Shown here piece after piece: positions 41,693-52,694 of a stretch of DNA of 64,000 nucleotides. Position 1 is the stretch's first letter. Each line of letters begins with the position of its first letter. Under the pieces are notes generated by a model. That model had not been told where the DNA came from. It ran no database searches and saw nothing but the letters and a program-made list of their open reading frames with translations. The position numbers and the translations under genes are program-made. This DNA comes from a virus: the IMG/VR virus record IMGVR_UViG_3300045988_137301; one strand, written 5' to 3'.

Positions 41693-42187
41693 ATGAAAAA
41701 AAAGGTTATAAGTATTCTACTAGTTAGCATTATACTAGGGTTCGTCACTGGTTATTCCCTTCATCATTGGATTCACGACAGCAGGAATGTGGACAATGAA
41801 GTAATATTATTGCCAGAGCATCCATTTTATTTATTAGAAGAAGTAAATGAAGAGGTACTATACAATACTCTAAAGCATTATGGATTTCCTAATCCAGCAG
41901 CGATAACAGCTCAAGCAGTATTAGAATCTGGGAATTTCAAGTCGAGGTTATGTATTCGTCACAATAATTTGTTCGGATTATACAATTCTAGAAAAAAGTC
42001 TTACTTTAAGTTTGATAGTTGGATAAGCTGTGTATTTGCATACAAGGACTTCATATTAAATAAATACAAAGAAGGAGAAGACTATTATGGTTTTCTTAGC
42101 CGAATAGGATATGCAGAAGATCCTAACTATGTAGAAAAGGTAAAAAAGCTAGAGATAACTATATTAAAAAAGTATGAATCTGAATAA
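41693..42187 (+). CDS. Peptidoglycan hydrolase with a glucosaminidase (GH73/FlgJ-like) domain and an N-terminal TM segment
   Basis: Listed ORF. AITAQAVLESGNFKSRLCIRHNNLFGL matches the glucosaminidase motif. Confidence 0.55.
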   Translation: MKKKVISILLVSIILGFVTGYSLHHWIHDSRNVDNEVILLPEHPFYLLEEVNEEVLYNTLKHYGFPNPAAITAQAVLESGNFKSRLCIRHNNLFGLYNSRKKSYFKFDSWISCVFAYKDFILNKYKEGEDYYGFLSRIGYAEDPNYVEKVKKLEITILKKYESE

Positions 42188-42508
42188 TCGCTGAGGAAAT
42201 GGATAGCTTTGATATTAAAATTTACGAGGATCTGACAGATGATGAAAAGAAAGTAATTTCTCAAGATAATTTTCAAAATATAATTGCTAACAATAAGATT
42301 AAATTCAGGAGAAAAGCTAATCTTGAAATCTTAAACAATCTCAGAAAGATTATTGGCAATTATCCAGAATTAAGGTTCCACCAAATTCTTTACTGTTTTG
42401 GAATTGAGGAAATCGAATCTGATAAGTTTAATGAGGAAAGTACAGAAACTCTAGAAAAGCTAGAGTATGAAATGAGTAAAGGAAATCCTAAATATTTAAT
42501 AAAAGATT

Positions 42509-44524
42509 ATGAATTTTAAAGATTTTAAGAAAGATGTAGAGTCTGCTTTCAATAATATGATTGCAGAAAACCTGTTTGTTGCTAATGTTGATAAAGACCT
42601 CCTTTGGATGGGCTACCTTCTGTCGTTTGAGGACGAAACTGTTAGACAAGACCATAACTGCAATGCCTGTAAATCTTTTATCCGGCATTATGGTAAAGTT
42701 GTAGCGATTGACCCTCAAACTTATAAGATTAAAACATTCTGGGACGATGTGCATACTCCTGGATACGAGAAAACAGCACAGGCTCTAGCTAAATTAGTTA
42801 AGGAAGCTGGAATAGGAGATGTCTTCATTCAAGATGTGAACGAATTTCATGGTTGTGACCATAATGTTCAACTACTCCCTGATGGAACAACTAGAACTTG
42901 GACACATCTGTACGTAACTATTCCGAATAACTTCAAGTTCAACAGGCGAGTTCATGGTTTTGACTCTGCTGCCGGTTACAGGGGAGATGTCAGAGCAAGA
43001 GCTGGGGTATTTGAACGCTCTATCAGTGAGCTTAAGCTAGAGGCAGTTGAAACTGTTATTGAGCTTATAGAAGGAAACAATCTCTATAGAGGTGCGGAGT
43101 TCTTGAAGAGTTTGGAGGAATTTAGAAGAACACTGGTTGCTGCTCAAACTCTGAGTCCAGAAGTAAGAACTAACTATTGCTGGTTAAACTTTAAGTCTCC
43201 TATAGCTAAGATTAGAAATACGGCTATGGGAACTTTACTTATTGACCTAAGTAATGGTGTAGATTTGGAGAGAGCCGTAAGAGCATATGAAAACATCATG
43301 GCTCCTGCTAACTATAAGAGACCTACTGCTCTTATTACTAAGAAGCAAATTGAAGCTGCTCAGAAGAAGGTAGAAGAGCTGGGTCTTACTGATGCACTTC
43401 CTCGTCGTCACGCTCACGTAGAAGATATTTCTGTGAATGATGTTCTATTCGTAAATAGAGATACTAGAGCAAAGATGAAGGGAGGAATGTTTGATATGCT
43501 CTCCGAAACTTCTACAGTAAACCCAAAAGAGTTTACCAAAGCCCAAGAGGTTTCTGCTGATGCCTTTGTCAAGAATATACTTCCGGGAGCTAAGGAGGTT
43601 TCTATCTTGGTAGAGAACAGACACATTCCCAACTTTGTTACTCTGACTGCTCCTGAAAATCCGGATGCTGGACAGTTGTTTAAGTGGAATAACAACTTTG
43701 CTTGGGTTTATAATGGTTCTGTAGCCGATTCCTTCAAGGAGAAGGTAAAGGCTGCTGGTGGAAATGTAGACGGTTTCATGAGATGCTCTCTTCACTGGTT
43801 TAACTATGATGACCTTGACCTTCATGTAACCGAACCTGGTGGAAGAGAAATCTATTATGGAAGCGAAACTGGTTATACTGGAGGAACTCTTGATGTTGAC
43901 ATGAATGCAGGTTCCGGAAAAACTAGAGATGCTGTTGAGAACATCATATGGACAGACCCTAGCAGACTAAGACCGGGAGATTATGTGGTAAGAGTGCATA
44001 ACTTCTATAAGAGGGAAAGTATTGATTTTGGTTTCGAAATGGAAATCGAGATTAATGGAGAACTTCACAAATTCCAGTATGGAAAAGTAGTTCTGAGCAA
44101 GGAATACATTGAAGTTGCTCGTATCCATGTTGATGGACAAAGAAACATTTCCATGACTCCTACTATTAAAGAGGGTTCTACATCGTTCAAATCTACTAAC
44201 GAGTGGGGAATTGATACAATGAAATTCCAGAAGGTTTCTTGTATTATGTTCTCTCCTAATCATTGGGAAGGCAACGCTATAGGAAACAAGCATCTGTTCT
44301 TTATGATAGATGGATGCAAGAATCCAGACCCTGTTAGAGGTTTCTTTAATGAATATCTGAGAGCTGACCTTGAAAAGGAGCATAGAAGAGTGTTTGAAGC
44401 TCTTGGTTCTAGAGCAAAAGCTGAGTACAGTGATGACCAGTTGAGTGGATTGGGATTTTCTAGCACATCACACAATGATGTTGTTGTAAAAGTTGATAAT
44501 AAATCATTTAAAATCATTTTCTAA
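42509..44524 (+). CDS. Large hypothetical protein (671 aa)
   Basis: Listed ORF. Internal minus-strand ORFs are judged spurious. Confidence 0.5.
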   Translation: MNFKDFKKDVESAFNNMIAENLFVANVDKDLLWMGYLLSFEDETVRQDHNCNACKSFIRHYGKVVAIDPQTYKIKTFWDDVHTPGYEKTAQALAKLVKEAGIGDVFIQDVNEFHGCDHNVQLLPDGTTRTWTHLYVTIPNNFKFNRRVHGFDSAAGYRGDVRARAGVFERSISELKLEAVETVIELIEGNNLYRGAEFLKSLEEFRRTLVAAQTLSPEVRTNYCWLNFKSPIAKIRNTAMGTLLIDLSNGVDLERAVRAYENIMAPANYKRPTALITKKQIEAAQKKVEELGLTDALPRRHAHVEDISVNDVLFVNRDTRAKMKGGMFDMLSETSTVNPKEFTKAQEVSADAFVKNILPGAKEVSILVENRHIPNFVTLTAPENPDAGQLFKWNNNFAWVYNGSVADSFKEKVKAAGGNVDGFMRCSLHWFNYDDLDLHVTEPGGREIYYGSETGYTGGTLDVDMNAGSGKTRDAVENIIWTDPSRLRPGDYVVRVHNFYKRESIDFGFEMEIEINGELHKFQYGKVVLSKEYIEVARIHVDGQRNISMTPTIKEGSTSFKSTNEWGIDTMKFQKVSCIMFSPNHWEGNAIGNKHLFFMIDGCKNPDPVRGFFNEYLRADLEKEHRRVFEALGSRAKAEYSDDQLSGLGFSSTSHNDVVVKVDNKSFKIIF

Positions 44525-44526
44525 TT

Positions 44527-44901
44527 ATGTTTAAACAAGCGTCAAAAATGAAGTTGCGTTTCGCAACTAGTAAAGGTAATCTGAGTGTAGAAGATTTGTG
44601 GGACTTGAGCCTGCCAGTATTGGATAAATTAGCCGTTTCTTACGATGAGGAACTAGCTAAAAGTCCAAGAAAGTCTTTCATAACTAATGATACTCCCAGC
44701 AATACCGAACTTGAATTGAAGTTCAATATTGTGAAGGAGATTATAACGGATAAGCTAAAAGAGAAGGCTGATAGAGAGACAGCTAAGAATAAGGCTGCTG
44801 AAAAGGCTCGCCTGACGGAACTGTTAGCTAAGAAACAATCTGAGAAGTTAGAAAGCTTGTCCGAAGATGAAATCAAACGGAGACTCGCCGAACTCGGGTG
44901 A
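44527..44901 (+). CDS. Hypothetical protein
   Basis: Listed ORF. Confidence 0.4.
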   Translation: MFKQASKMKLRFATSKGNLSVEDLWDLSLPVLDKLAVSYDEELAKSPRKSFITNDTPSNTELELKFNIVKEIITDKLKEKADRETAKNKAAEKARLTELLAKKQSEKLESLSEDEIKRRLAELG

Positions 44902-45264
44902 GTGTGTAGTATTAAAGACTGTTAGTCCGCAAATCTTAGACAAACTGAGGGAAAGTGGATTAACAGTTTGTATTTGTTGTGAGTTTAAAGGGACAGCCTG
45001 GTTAGTATTTAGACCTGGCTTGCCCTTTGATGTTCATGGTATAGGATATGATTTTGAGGAGATGGGACTTTTTGGAACAGAAGCTGTTCTCAAACACTTC
45101 GAAGCTGAGACTCCAAACTATGTGGATTGCGGAACTGATGTTGATAAATTTATTAACACTTGTTTGCAATTTAAATAAGTTAACTGTTTTTGACTTTGAA
45201 TTTAACATTTGAACCGTTATTATAGTGAGTTAATTAGTGGTACGTGAGTATAGCTAATTACTAT

Positions 45265-45350
45265 GCCCGAATGGTGGAATTGGTAGACACGTCAGATTTA
45301 AGCTCTAATGCCCAGTAATGGGCGTGTGGGTTCGAGTCCCACTTCGGGTA
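45265..45350 (+). tRNA. tRNA-Leu(TAA), type II
   Basis: Anticodon tcaga-tttaagc-tctaa; long variable hairpin gccca-gtaa-tgggc; T arm gtggg-ttcgagt-cccac; acceptor gcccgaa/ttcgggt. Confidence 0.7.
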
Positions 45351-45721
45351 GAAACACAAGATTGAAACCTCCACGTGGTGTGTTTTGGGTAAAGCTAATT
45401 CAATCAATTATTAATAATGTTATAAATAGTCTATGATATGGGATATATCTATTGCATTACAAATATTATCAACAATAAAAGATACGTTGGTAAAACCCTC
45501 TGGTTATGCTTTTATCGATTTTTATCTTCCAGATTAGAATTGTTTTATAGAATATAATGGAAAATAGCATTATGTGCCAGTGGGGCATTTTGGGGGAGAA
45601 TTACAATTTTAGAAGCAACTACAAAGAGATAATTATGTTAGAAATTATTGTTAGAACAACAATATTAAACTAATAGAAATTAAATACACCGATAATGTCA
45701 ATATTAAATTAAAAGAAATAT

Positions 45722-46645
45722 ATGAAAAATAAAGTGTTTTTTGCCAGAGAGGGGGAACAAGGTTTAACCTCTACTTCTGGTTCATATTACTGTAATGTTG
45801 CGCAGGAAATGATTCAGGCTGCTACTGAGCGTCTGAATAGTGTGAAGTTCTATCAAGTGTCCGTAGCCTCCATAGGAGGTGGCGAGAAGCAATTAATGAC
45901 AGTAGGTCAAACTTCCCTGGACTTTATTAAGGACGACTTAGAAAAGTCAGCGGAAATGAATAGCTTCTGTGCTTGGGTGCGGGAGGCTATTAAGAAAAAG
46001 GAGGAATTGATTTCCTATACTACTGCTTGCTCTATCGAAAAATGGGCTAGAGAAAACAATGTTGAGATTCCAGAACAACCTCAATATCCAGATTCACCTA
46101 TTAAGGCGGACGAAAAAGAGGTAATGGATTCATGGGATGCCAATAAGAGAAACAAGTACCTAAGACTTGAAGCATTTGCTTCTACTTATGGGAAATATAT
46201 TCACCCAAAAGGAGCTTTTAGTAAAGCTAGAAAAGATGTTCATGCTGCTGAAAACTGCCCAATCTACAAGGAAGGAACTGGTAGAGACTTGATTCTCTAT
46301 TACCAAGACCCGACTATTAAGGTAGAGGACGTCGATGCGATGTTTATGTCTCTTCAAGATACGTATCGTTCTTATGAAAAAGAACTAAACGCTATGAAGG
46401 CAGAACTTAAAGAGACTGTAAATAAACTTGATATGACTAGAGAAAGGGAATATCAAGATAGAGTAGCAGAATTTAAGGCTGACTATGAGAGATATAATTC
46501 TAAAATGCAAGAATTTAGAAGTCAGTTTAATAACTGGAGAACGTCTGAACAGGAGAGAATCTCTCAACTAAAGATTACCTTGCCAACGAATCTCCTAGGA
46601 ATTTTCGAAGAAATTAGGAAACAAGGCGATCCCTCCTCTAAGTAA
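45722..46645 (+). CDS. Hypothetical protein
   Basis: Listed ORF. Confidence 0.5.
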   Translation: MKNKVFFAREGEQGLTSTSGSYYCNVAQEMIQAATERLNSVKFYQVSVASIGGGEKQLMTVGQTSLDFIKDDLEKSAEMNSFCAWVREAIKKKEELISYTTACSIEKWARENNVEIPEQPQYPDSPIKADEKEVMDSWDANKRNKYLRLEAFASTYGKYIHPKGAFSKARKDVHAAENCPIYKEGTGRDLILYYQDPTIKVEDVDAMFMSLQDTYRSYEKELNAMKAELKETVNKLDMTREREYQDRVAEFKADYERYNSKMQEFRSQFNNWRTSEQERISQLKITLPTNLLGIFEEIRKQGDPSSK

Positions 46646-47036
46646 TTAGAGGAATTTTCTGTAGGAAGCTAACAATTTATATATACGTTAGGAATAATAT
46701 ATGAATCTTTATTTGGAAATCTAAGGATTTCTGACTTGCACATTCGCTGGTCTCACAAAAATCTTGAAATTACTCTCTTATTGAGAGTCTTTGTCTTAGT
46801 CTTCGCTAGTGTGACCAGGTCTTCGACTTTGATTTCATCTTTGCCTGCGTGTTAGCTTCCTACTATAGCTCACCAACCATGTGTTGAGGGAGTTAAGGAA
46901 TCCCTTTGGGGTTCTAGTTTTTTTTGCTTCAGTTACAAGTAATCTTTAAACTTGGTGACTATTATCCCAAATTCTCAACAAGACGAAAAGGGAGGTTGGC
47001 CAACCTAATAATGGTACAAGCTCTTCGGAGTAATAG

Positions 47037-47088
47037 GAGTGGTGAAAGTATCTTAAGAAGCAGAGATACCTTAGCCACTCTTTTTTTT
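47037..47088 (+). terminator. Strong rho-independent terminator
   Basis: gagtggtgaaagtatc...gataccttagccactc hairpin followed by an 8-T run. Confidence 0.55.
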
Positions 47089-47132
47089 GTATAATTAATT
47101 TAGGTAAATTATGACTAACTTATACTGATCAA

Positions 47133-47525
47133 ATGATAGAATTTGACCAAATATTCTGCGAGGATTTGAGAGATGACTTTGAGGAAGCTGGTATAATAAA
47201 TAGACTTTTTACCTTAGAAGAGTTTATTCGAAACGATCTCAGTAGGGCCTTTGCATTTGGATATTGTATTATCCAATGGAAGGAAGAAGGTTTGTGGATA
47301 CCTCCTTCCATAAGAAAGAAGGTAAGACATATTCAAGACAGTCTTAGCATTTATAACAGTCAATTGTCTTGGATAAATAATAGAGGGGAGCAGAAAACTA
47401 TTATAGAATATGTAGATTATGTTCTAGCAAACATCTTCTTCTCTTCCGAAGAGGATAAGATTAAGGTGGCGATAGCTCTTGGTTTAAATATTAGAGCAAG
47501 CACAAATGGGGCTAAAAAGAATTGA
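47133..47525 (+). CDS. Hypothetical protein
   Basis: Listed ORF. Confidence 0.4.
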   Translation: MIEFDQIFCEDLRDDFEEAGIINRLFTLEEFIRNDLSRAFAFGYCIIQWKEEGLWIPPSIRKKVRHIQDSLSIYNSQLSWINNRGEQKTIIEYVDYVLANIFFSSEEDKIKVAIALGLNIRASTNGAKKN

Positions 47526-47943
47526 ATTTTATACTGATGGTGCTTATAGCTCTTCTAGGAACTCTGGAGGTCTAGGAGTTGTAGTAGTTATAGATGGGAA
47601 GAAGGTCTATGAGTACAGTAAGAGAATTCCTAATAGTACAAACAACAAGTGTGAGCTTCTAGCTGTTATTTATGCTTTAAAGTCAATCTCTAAACCTGTA
47701 GAATCAATTACAATATATTCAGATTCTCAGTATGTTATAGGATGCGCAACTAAGGGTTGGAAGAGGAAAAGGAATGTAGACCTTTGGAAATTATATGAAC
47801 TTTCTCTTGATAAAGCAAAATCCTTTTGTAAGAAGATAGATTTCAAGTGGGTCAAGGGACATAGTTCTAATGATGATTTCTCTTCCTCTATGAATGATAT
47901 AGCAGATAAATTAGCAGTTGAGGCAAGTAAAGAGTATGGATGA
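47506..47943 (+). CDS. rnhA: Ribonuclease H (RNase HI family)
   Basis: Listed ORF. IEFYTDGA...CELLAVIYAL...IYSDSQYV...KWVKGHS...NDIADKLA is the RNase H1 catalytic signature. Confidence 0.7.
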   Translation: MGLKRIEFYTDGAYSSSRNSGGLGVVVVIDGKKVYEYSKRIPNSTNNKCELLAVIYALKSISKPVESITIYSDSQYVIGCATKGWKRKRNVDLWKLYELSLDKAKSFCKKIDFKWVKGHSSNDDFSSSMNDIADKLAVEASKEYG

Positions 47944-48155
47944 TTTATATATTTCTAAAAATGCACAGGGCTTTGAATTCTGGATAGATGGTGATTTTAC
48001 TAACTATTATAACAACCCTGAATTTAAGATCGTTAAGGTTAAGAAAGATTCCGAACTAGTAGGAAGGCTCTTATATCGTAATGGAGAGGTATTCTGTGAG
48101 CTTCCATTGAGTTTGGAAGCAGCAGCATGTAAGATAGATATGATATTATTTAAGT

Positions 48156-48560
48156 ATGAAGCTGAGAAAAAACAAAAACAAAAAGATTCTTCGAGAAGCT
48201 CAGAGGTTTATGCCTCATGATTATGGGTTTTTGCTAAGTATAGAGAAACAAGCATTGATAAGGATGCGAGATTACTTTGAAGTGTCTAAGATTGCTGTTG
48301 GGAATGAATTCGTGGCGAGAGATATTGCAATATGTCTAAAATTACTGGACATTATAGATGGAACTGATTCCGCTTTTTGTCCTAATCAATCTGAAGGATT
48401 TGTAAATAAATACATAAATGTTAGAAATTGGAAAAGATTCCTCGCTGGAGGTGGTATTGATTTCGATAAGCCTATACTGAAGGACTCTTTAAGAGAAGAA
48501 AAAGCCTGGCGCCTGTACAATAAAATTAAACTCTACAAGATGAGAGGGTGGTGGGATTAA
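48156..48560 (+). CDS. Hypothetical protein
   Basis: Listed ORF. Confidence 0.4.
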   Translation: MKLRKNKNKKILREAQRFMPHDYGFLLSIEKQALIRMRDYFEVSKIAVGNEFVARDIAICLKLLDIIDGTDSAFCPNQSEGFVNKYINVRNWKRFLAGGGIDFDKPILKDSLREEKAWRLYNKIKLYKMRGWWD

Positions 48561-49438
48561 TATTTATTAAATAGTAAGTTATGAAATACAAAAACAAAGT
48601 AAAGGCTTTAAAAGCCAAACAAGCTTGGTGGGATAAGTTACCCCAAAGGGAGAAGGATGCTACAACTAGACCCGGATCTGTAAAAACTAAATAAATTATG
48701 GAATTATTTCTTATACTATTAGCAATTATCATAGTAATATGTTATTATAAATACGATCCATGCCTAGATGTCACAGTGTATGGAGACATATTATTGTGGT
48801 ATAACACTAAGGGTGGCAGAGATTATGTTACCCTTAAGAGATCACGGAGATATTAGTCATGACCTATATTGTAATATGCACTATTCTTCTAGTAGTTGTT
48901 ATAAACATATTAGAAGATACTCATGTAAAAGTATATAGCAAACATTTTGGAGAAGTCCTGCTTCAGGATGAATATGATATACATATTCCAACGGTACTGT
49001 ACCATCTCATAGTCCTTCTTGGCTTCATTCCAGTGGTTAATGTTATACTATATGTATTCTTCGGATTTCTGTACATAAAGGGTGTTATAAGGAACGAGTC
49101 GAATCTCAACATAGGATATAATCATGTTCTCTCTATAAAGGGAGAAAGATTTATACCTAGAATGATTAAAAGGATAGTATGCAAAATATCTACTATGTAT
49201 CATTGATATTTTATATAATATTCTATTATATTGCCGAAAATATCTATGAGGTTGATGAATTTGGAAATAGATGTAAAGTAGAGACTCTCTTATATTGGCT
49301 GTTTCTCCCTATTATGGCTATTCCAATATTAAATATCGTAGTTCCGATATGTGGAATTTTATCTATAATCTACTATGTCTCGACTAATAATCTTATAATA
49401 GATAATAAAATATTAAAGCTTTTAAAGAGGTTGTTCAA

Positions 49439-49939
49439 ATGAAGCATGTAATTCGAATTCTGGTACATAAGTTTTGGGTAGCATATTACTGTTTTAAATT
49501 AGGATTATATTGGCAAGGAATAATTCACGACCTATCTAAGTTTAGTTATATTGAATTTAGTAGATCCCTGAGGTATTGGAATGACTCTATGAGTCCTCTA
49601 GCTTATGAGAAGGAACTTAATGGATACTCTGAAACTTTTCTACATCACAGAGGCAGAAATCCACATCACTACGAGTATTGGGTACATAGTTTAGACGAGG
49701 GAGGTATTCCGGCCAAAATGCCAAAAAAGTATGCTCTAGAGTTAGTCTGCGACTATTTAGCTGCCGGAAAAACCTACAATAAGAATTTCACTTATAAGAG
49801 CGAATATAATTGGTGGATTAAATTTCTAAGCTCCCCCAGGGCTATACATCCCGAGACTAAAGATTTCATTACTAGATGTCTCAAACATTTAGCTACAGGA
49901 GGAGATATTAAGTATTTAACAAAAATTGATTATGAGTAA
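49439..49939 (+). CDS. Hypothetical protein (His-rich HHRGRNPHHYEYW motif)
   Basis: Listed ORF. Confidence 0.4.
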   Translation: MKHVIRILVHKFWVAYYCFKLGLYWQGIIHDLSKFSYIEFSRSLRYWNDSMSPLAYEKELNGYSETFLHHRGRNPHHYEYWVHSLDEGGIPAKMPKKYALELVCDYLAAGKTYNKNFTYKSEYNWWIKFLSSPRAIHPETKDFITRCLKHLATGGDIKYLTKIDYE

Positions 49940-50750
49940 AATAATAGGACAAGATAAGCTGATTAAAGAGGTTAACAGAATATTTCAGGTATTTATAAAT
50001 AGTAATTGCGAGATAAGACCACATTTTATTCTTACAGGTGAAAGTGGATCTGGTAAGAGCTTTACTATTAAACAGTTATGTGGTATGAATGAACTTAACT
50101 TTCTAGAAGTTAATGCAGCTCAAATAACTAAAGAGGGTATTTCTGGAAATAGTTTAAGCAAAATTCTATCTCCGCTTGCTAACTATAGTCACACACCTAT
50201 TGTAGTCTTCGTAGACGAGTTTGATAAACTTTTTATCAATGGAAACACTAATAGCCAACTGGCTAATGAATCTACTGCCAGTGTACAGAACGAGTTTCTC
50301 AAACTTTTAGAGTCTGATACTACTAGTGTTTTTGGCGATTATGGGAAGTACATATCAGTCCCTATTGATAATGTATTATTTGTGTTTGCCGGAGCATTCA
50401 ACAATGAGCCTCACATCACATTAGACAGACTAAGGGACTTTGGGGTTAAAACAGAGTTTCTTGGAAGAGTAGGATTAATCTACAATACCAAACCTCTTAC
50501 CTTAGAGGATTTGTATTCTATCTTGGAATGTTCAGACTTGTTGCAGAATTACCTTGACTTATTCTTTAATGTAAACAAAGAGCAAGTTATTAGTGATTTG
50601 AAAGGGTATCTAGAAAGCTCCTTTCGCAATAATACTCTTGGAGCAAGAACAATTAACACTCTTATCCACCAATACTTTATTAAAGGTGGAAAACTCGAAG
50701 TTGAAGAAGTAAAAGAAATAACTTTTAACAAAAAATTAGAATGGAAATAA
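49926..50750 (+). CDS. AAA+/P-loop ATPase
   Basis: Listed ORF. Walker A GESGSGKS and Walker B VFVDEFDK. Confidence 0.55.
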   Translation: MIMSKIIGQDKLIKEVNRIFQVFINSNCEIRPHFILTGESGSGKSFTIKQLCGMNELNFLEVNAAQITKEGISGNSLSKILSPLANYSHTPIVVFVDEFDKLFINGNTNSQLANESTASVQNEFLKLLESDTTSVFGDYGKYISVPIDNVLFVFAGAFNNEPHITLDRLRDFGVKTEFLGRVGLIYNTKPLTLEDLYSILECSDLLQNYLDLFFNVNKEQVISDLKGYLESSFRNNTLGARTINTLIHQYFIKGGKLEVEEVKEITFNKKLEWK

Positions 50751-52291
50751 TTAATGCTACAGATGGTTACAAATTGGGTCATCACAGAATGTACCCCGAA
50801 GGTACCGAACAAGTTTATAGTAATTGGACTCCTAGAAGTAATAAATACTTCCCAGAAGCAACTGAAGGTTCAGTAGTATTCGGCATTCAATACCTAATCA
50901 AGGAATATCTCATTAAACAGTTTGAGAAAAACTTCTTTAATCTGCCAAAGAAGGAAGCTGTGGAAATGTTCTATCGTAGAGTAAACAACTTTGTTGGTAT
51001 TGAATCCGTTGGGTACAGACATATTGAAGCTTTATATGACCTTGGGTATCTACCAATTCGCATAAAGGCTCTTCCTGAAGGTTCTGTGTGCCCTATTCGG
51101 GTTCCCATGATGACCATTACAAATACCCTACCTGAGTTCTTTTGGTTAACTAATTACCTAGAGACTATTATCAGCTGTACCTTGTGGATGCCATGTACAT
51201 CTGCTACCAGAGCTAGACTTTATAAGAAAGAGTTACATCGCCATGCTTGTAAAACCGGCTTTCCAACAGATGTAAATCTTGGTTTTTGTTGTCACGATTT
51301 CTCAATGCGAGGTATGGCAGGAATGGAAGCCGCAATCATATCTGGTATGGCGCATATGACTTCTTTTGTAGGAAGTGAGACTATTCCAGCTATTGCTGCT
51401 TTAGAAGAATATTATGGAGCTAATTCAGACAAGGAATTGATTGCTGCTACAGTTCCCGCGACAGAACACTCTGTAATGTGCGCTGGAGGGGAGAAAGACG
51501 AGCTAGGCACTTTCAAACGTCTAATTAATGATTTGTACCCTTCTGGGTTTGTTTCTATCGTATCTGATACTTGGGATTTCTGGAATGTAATTGAAAATTT
51601 CTTGCCCAAGTTAAAGAAAGACATTATGGCTCGTGATGGTAGAGTAGTAATCCGTCCTGATAGTGGGGATCCAGTGGATATAATTTGTGGGTTGAGAACT
51701 AATCCTCACTTCAATACTAGAATGAAAGAAGGTAAGTATTATTGCTGCTATGCTCCGTTTAATGACGATGCAGAGTATGTTGAAGTGTCTGAGGGTCAAT
51801 ATTATGGAGCATATTATATGCTTGGAAAAATCTTCGGATGGAACACCACGGTAAACGACTATCGCTATCCTAGTACCAAAGTTGGTTTACTCTATGGAGA
51901 TTCTATTACTCTGGAACGTCAAAAGCAAATTTATTTGAGATTAGAAAATGCTCATATGGCAGCTTGTAATCTTGTTCTCGGGATAGGATCATACTCATAT
52001 CAGTATGCAAGTAGAGATAGCCTTGGGTTTGCTATTAAGGCTACTGCTTGCGTAGTAAATGGTGAGTTGAAAGAAATCTTTAAACATCCTAAAACTGATG
52101 ATGGTACTAAGAACTCTTTAAAAGGTTTGATTGCTGTTTATGAAGGTCTGGATGGGAAATATACTGCCATTGATCAGGTCTCAATCGAAGAGGAAAAAGA
52201 TGGATACTTAGAGACTGTCTTTGAAGATGGTATCTTAAAGAAAGAATATTCTCTTGAAGAAATTAGACAAAGAATTGACAATGGACTTTAA
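50741..52291 (+). CDS. Nicotinamide phosphoribosyltransferase family protein (NAMPT-like; candidate Namat)
   Basis: Listed ORF. The N-terminus TDGYKLGHHRMYPEGTEQVYSNWTPRS and overall length match NAMPT family proteins. Confidence 0.7.
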   Translation: MEIINATDGYKLGHHRMYPEGTEQVYSNWTPRSNKYFPEATEGSVVFGIQYLIKEYLIKQFEKNFFNLPKKEAVEMFYRRVNNFVGIESVGYRHIEALYDLGYLPIRIKALPEGSVCPIRVPMMTITNTLPEFFWLTNYLETIISCTLWMPCTSATRARLYKKELHRHACKTGFPTDVNLGFCCHDFSMRGMAGMEAAIISGMAHMTSFVGSETIPAIAALEEYYGANSDKELIAATVPATEHSVMCAGGEKDELGTFKRLINDLYPSGFVSIVSDTWDFWNVIENFLPKLKKDIMARDGRVVIRPDSGDPVDIICGLRTNPHFNTRMKEGKYYCCYAPFNDDAEYVEVSEGQYYGAYYMLGKIFGWNTTVNDYRYPSTKVGLLYGDSITLERQKQIYLRLENAHMAACNLVLGIGSYSYQYASRDSLGFAIKATACVVNGELKEIFKHPKTDDGTKNSLKGLIAVYEGLDGKYTAIDQVSIEEEKDGYLETVFEDGILKKEYSLEEIRQRIDNGL

Positions 52292-52694
52292 TCATCCTTT
52301 TGGGAAAGAAGCTTGTAAGAAACGACTATTAGAAGAGTATTATAAATACGGAAAGCTGATAGTTGCATTCGATTATGACAATACCATTTACGATTATCAT
52401 CAAAATGGTGGGGATTATTCTGAGGTAATAGAGTTACTGAAAGAATGTGCAAGACTCGGATTCAAGTTAATTCTCTTTACATGTGAAGATGATCCGATTA
52501 CTTTGCAATGCAAAGTAGACCTATGCGAAAATTTACTAAAAACGGGTATTGATTTAAAAAGTTCTGTATTTCCAGAATCTGACAAGCCCTATTATAATAT
52601 TCTTTTGGATGATAGAGCTGGCTTGGAAGAAAGTTATGAAATTTTAAAATATGTAATAGATGAAATTAAATCTAATCAACCGAGAAAAGAGTGA
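52254..52694 (+). CDS. HAD-superfamily phosphatase-like protein
   Basis: Listed ORF. VAFDYDNT is the DxDxT motif I; ILLDD is a motif IV candidate. Confidence 0.4.
   Translation: MKKLDKELTMDFNHPFGKEACKKRLLEEYYKYGKLIVAFDYDNTIYDYHQNGGDYSEVIELLKECARLGFKLILFTCEDDPITLQCKVDLCENLLKTGIDLKSSVFPESDKPYYNILLDDRAGLEESYEILKYVIDEIKSNQPRKE

Noticed and set aside
43414-44517. Several minus-strand ORFs inside the 671-aa gene 42509..44524
   Set aside because: They are embedded antisense to a long uninterrupted plus-strand frame with normal composition. No independent support.
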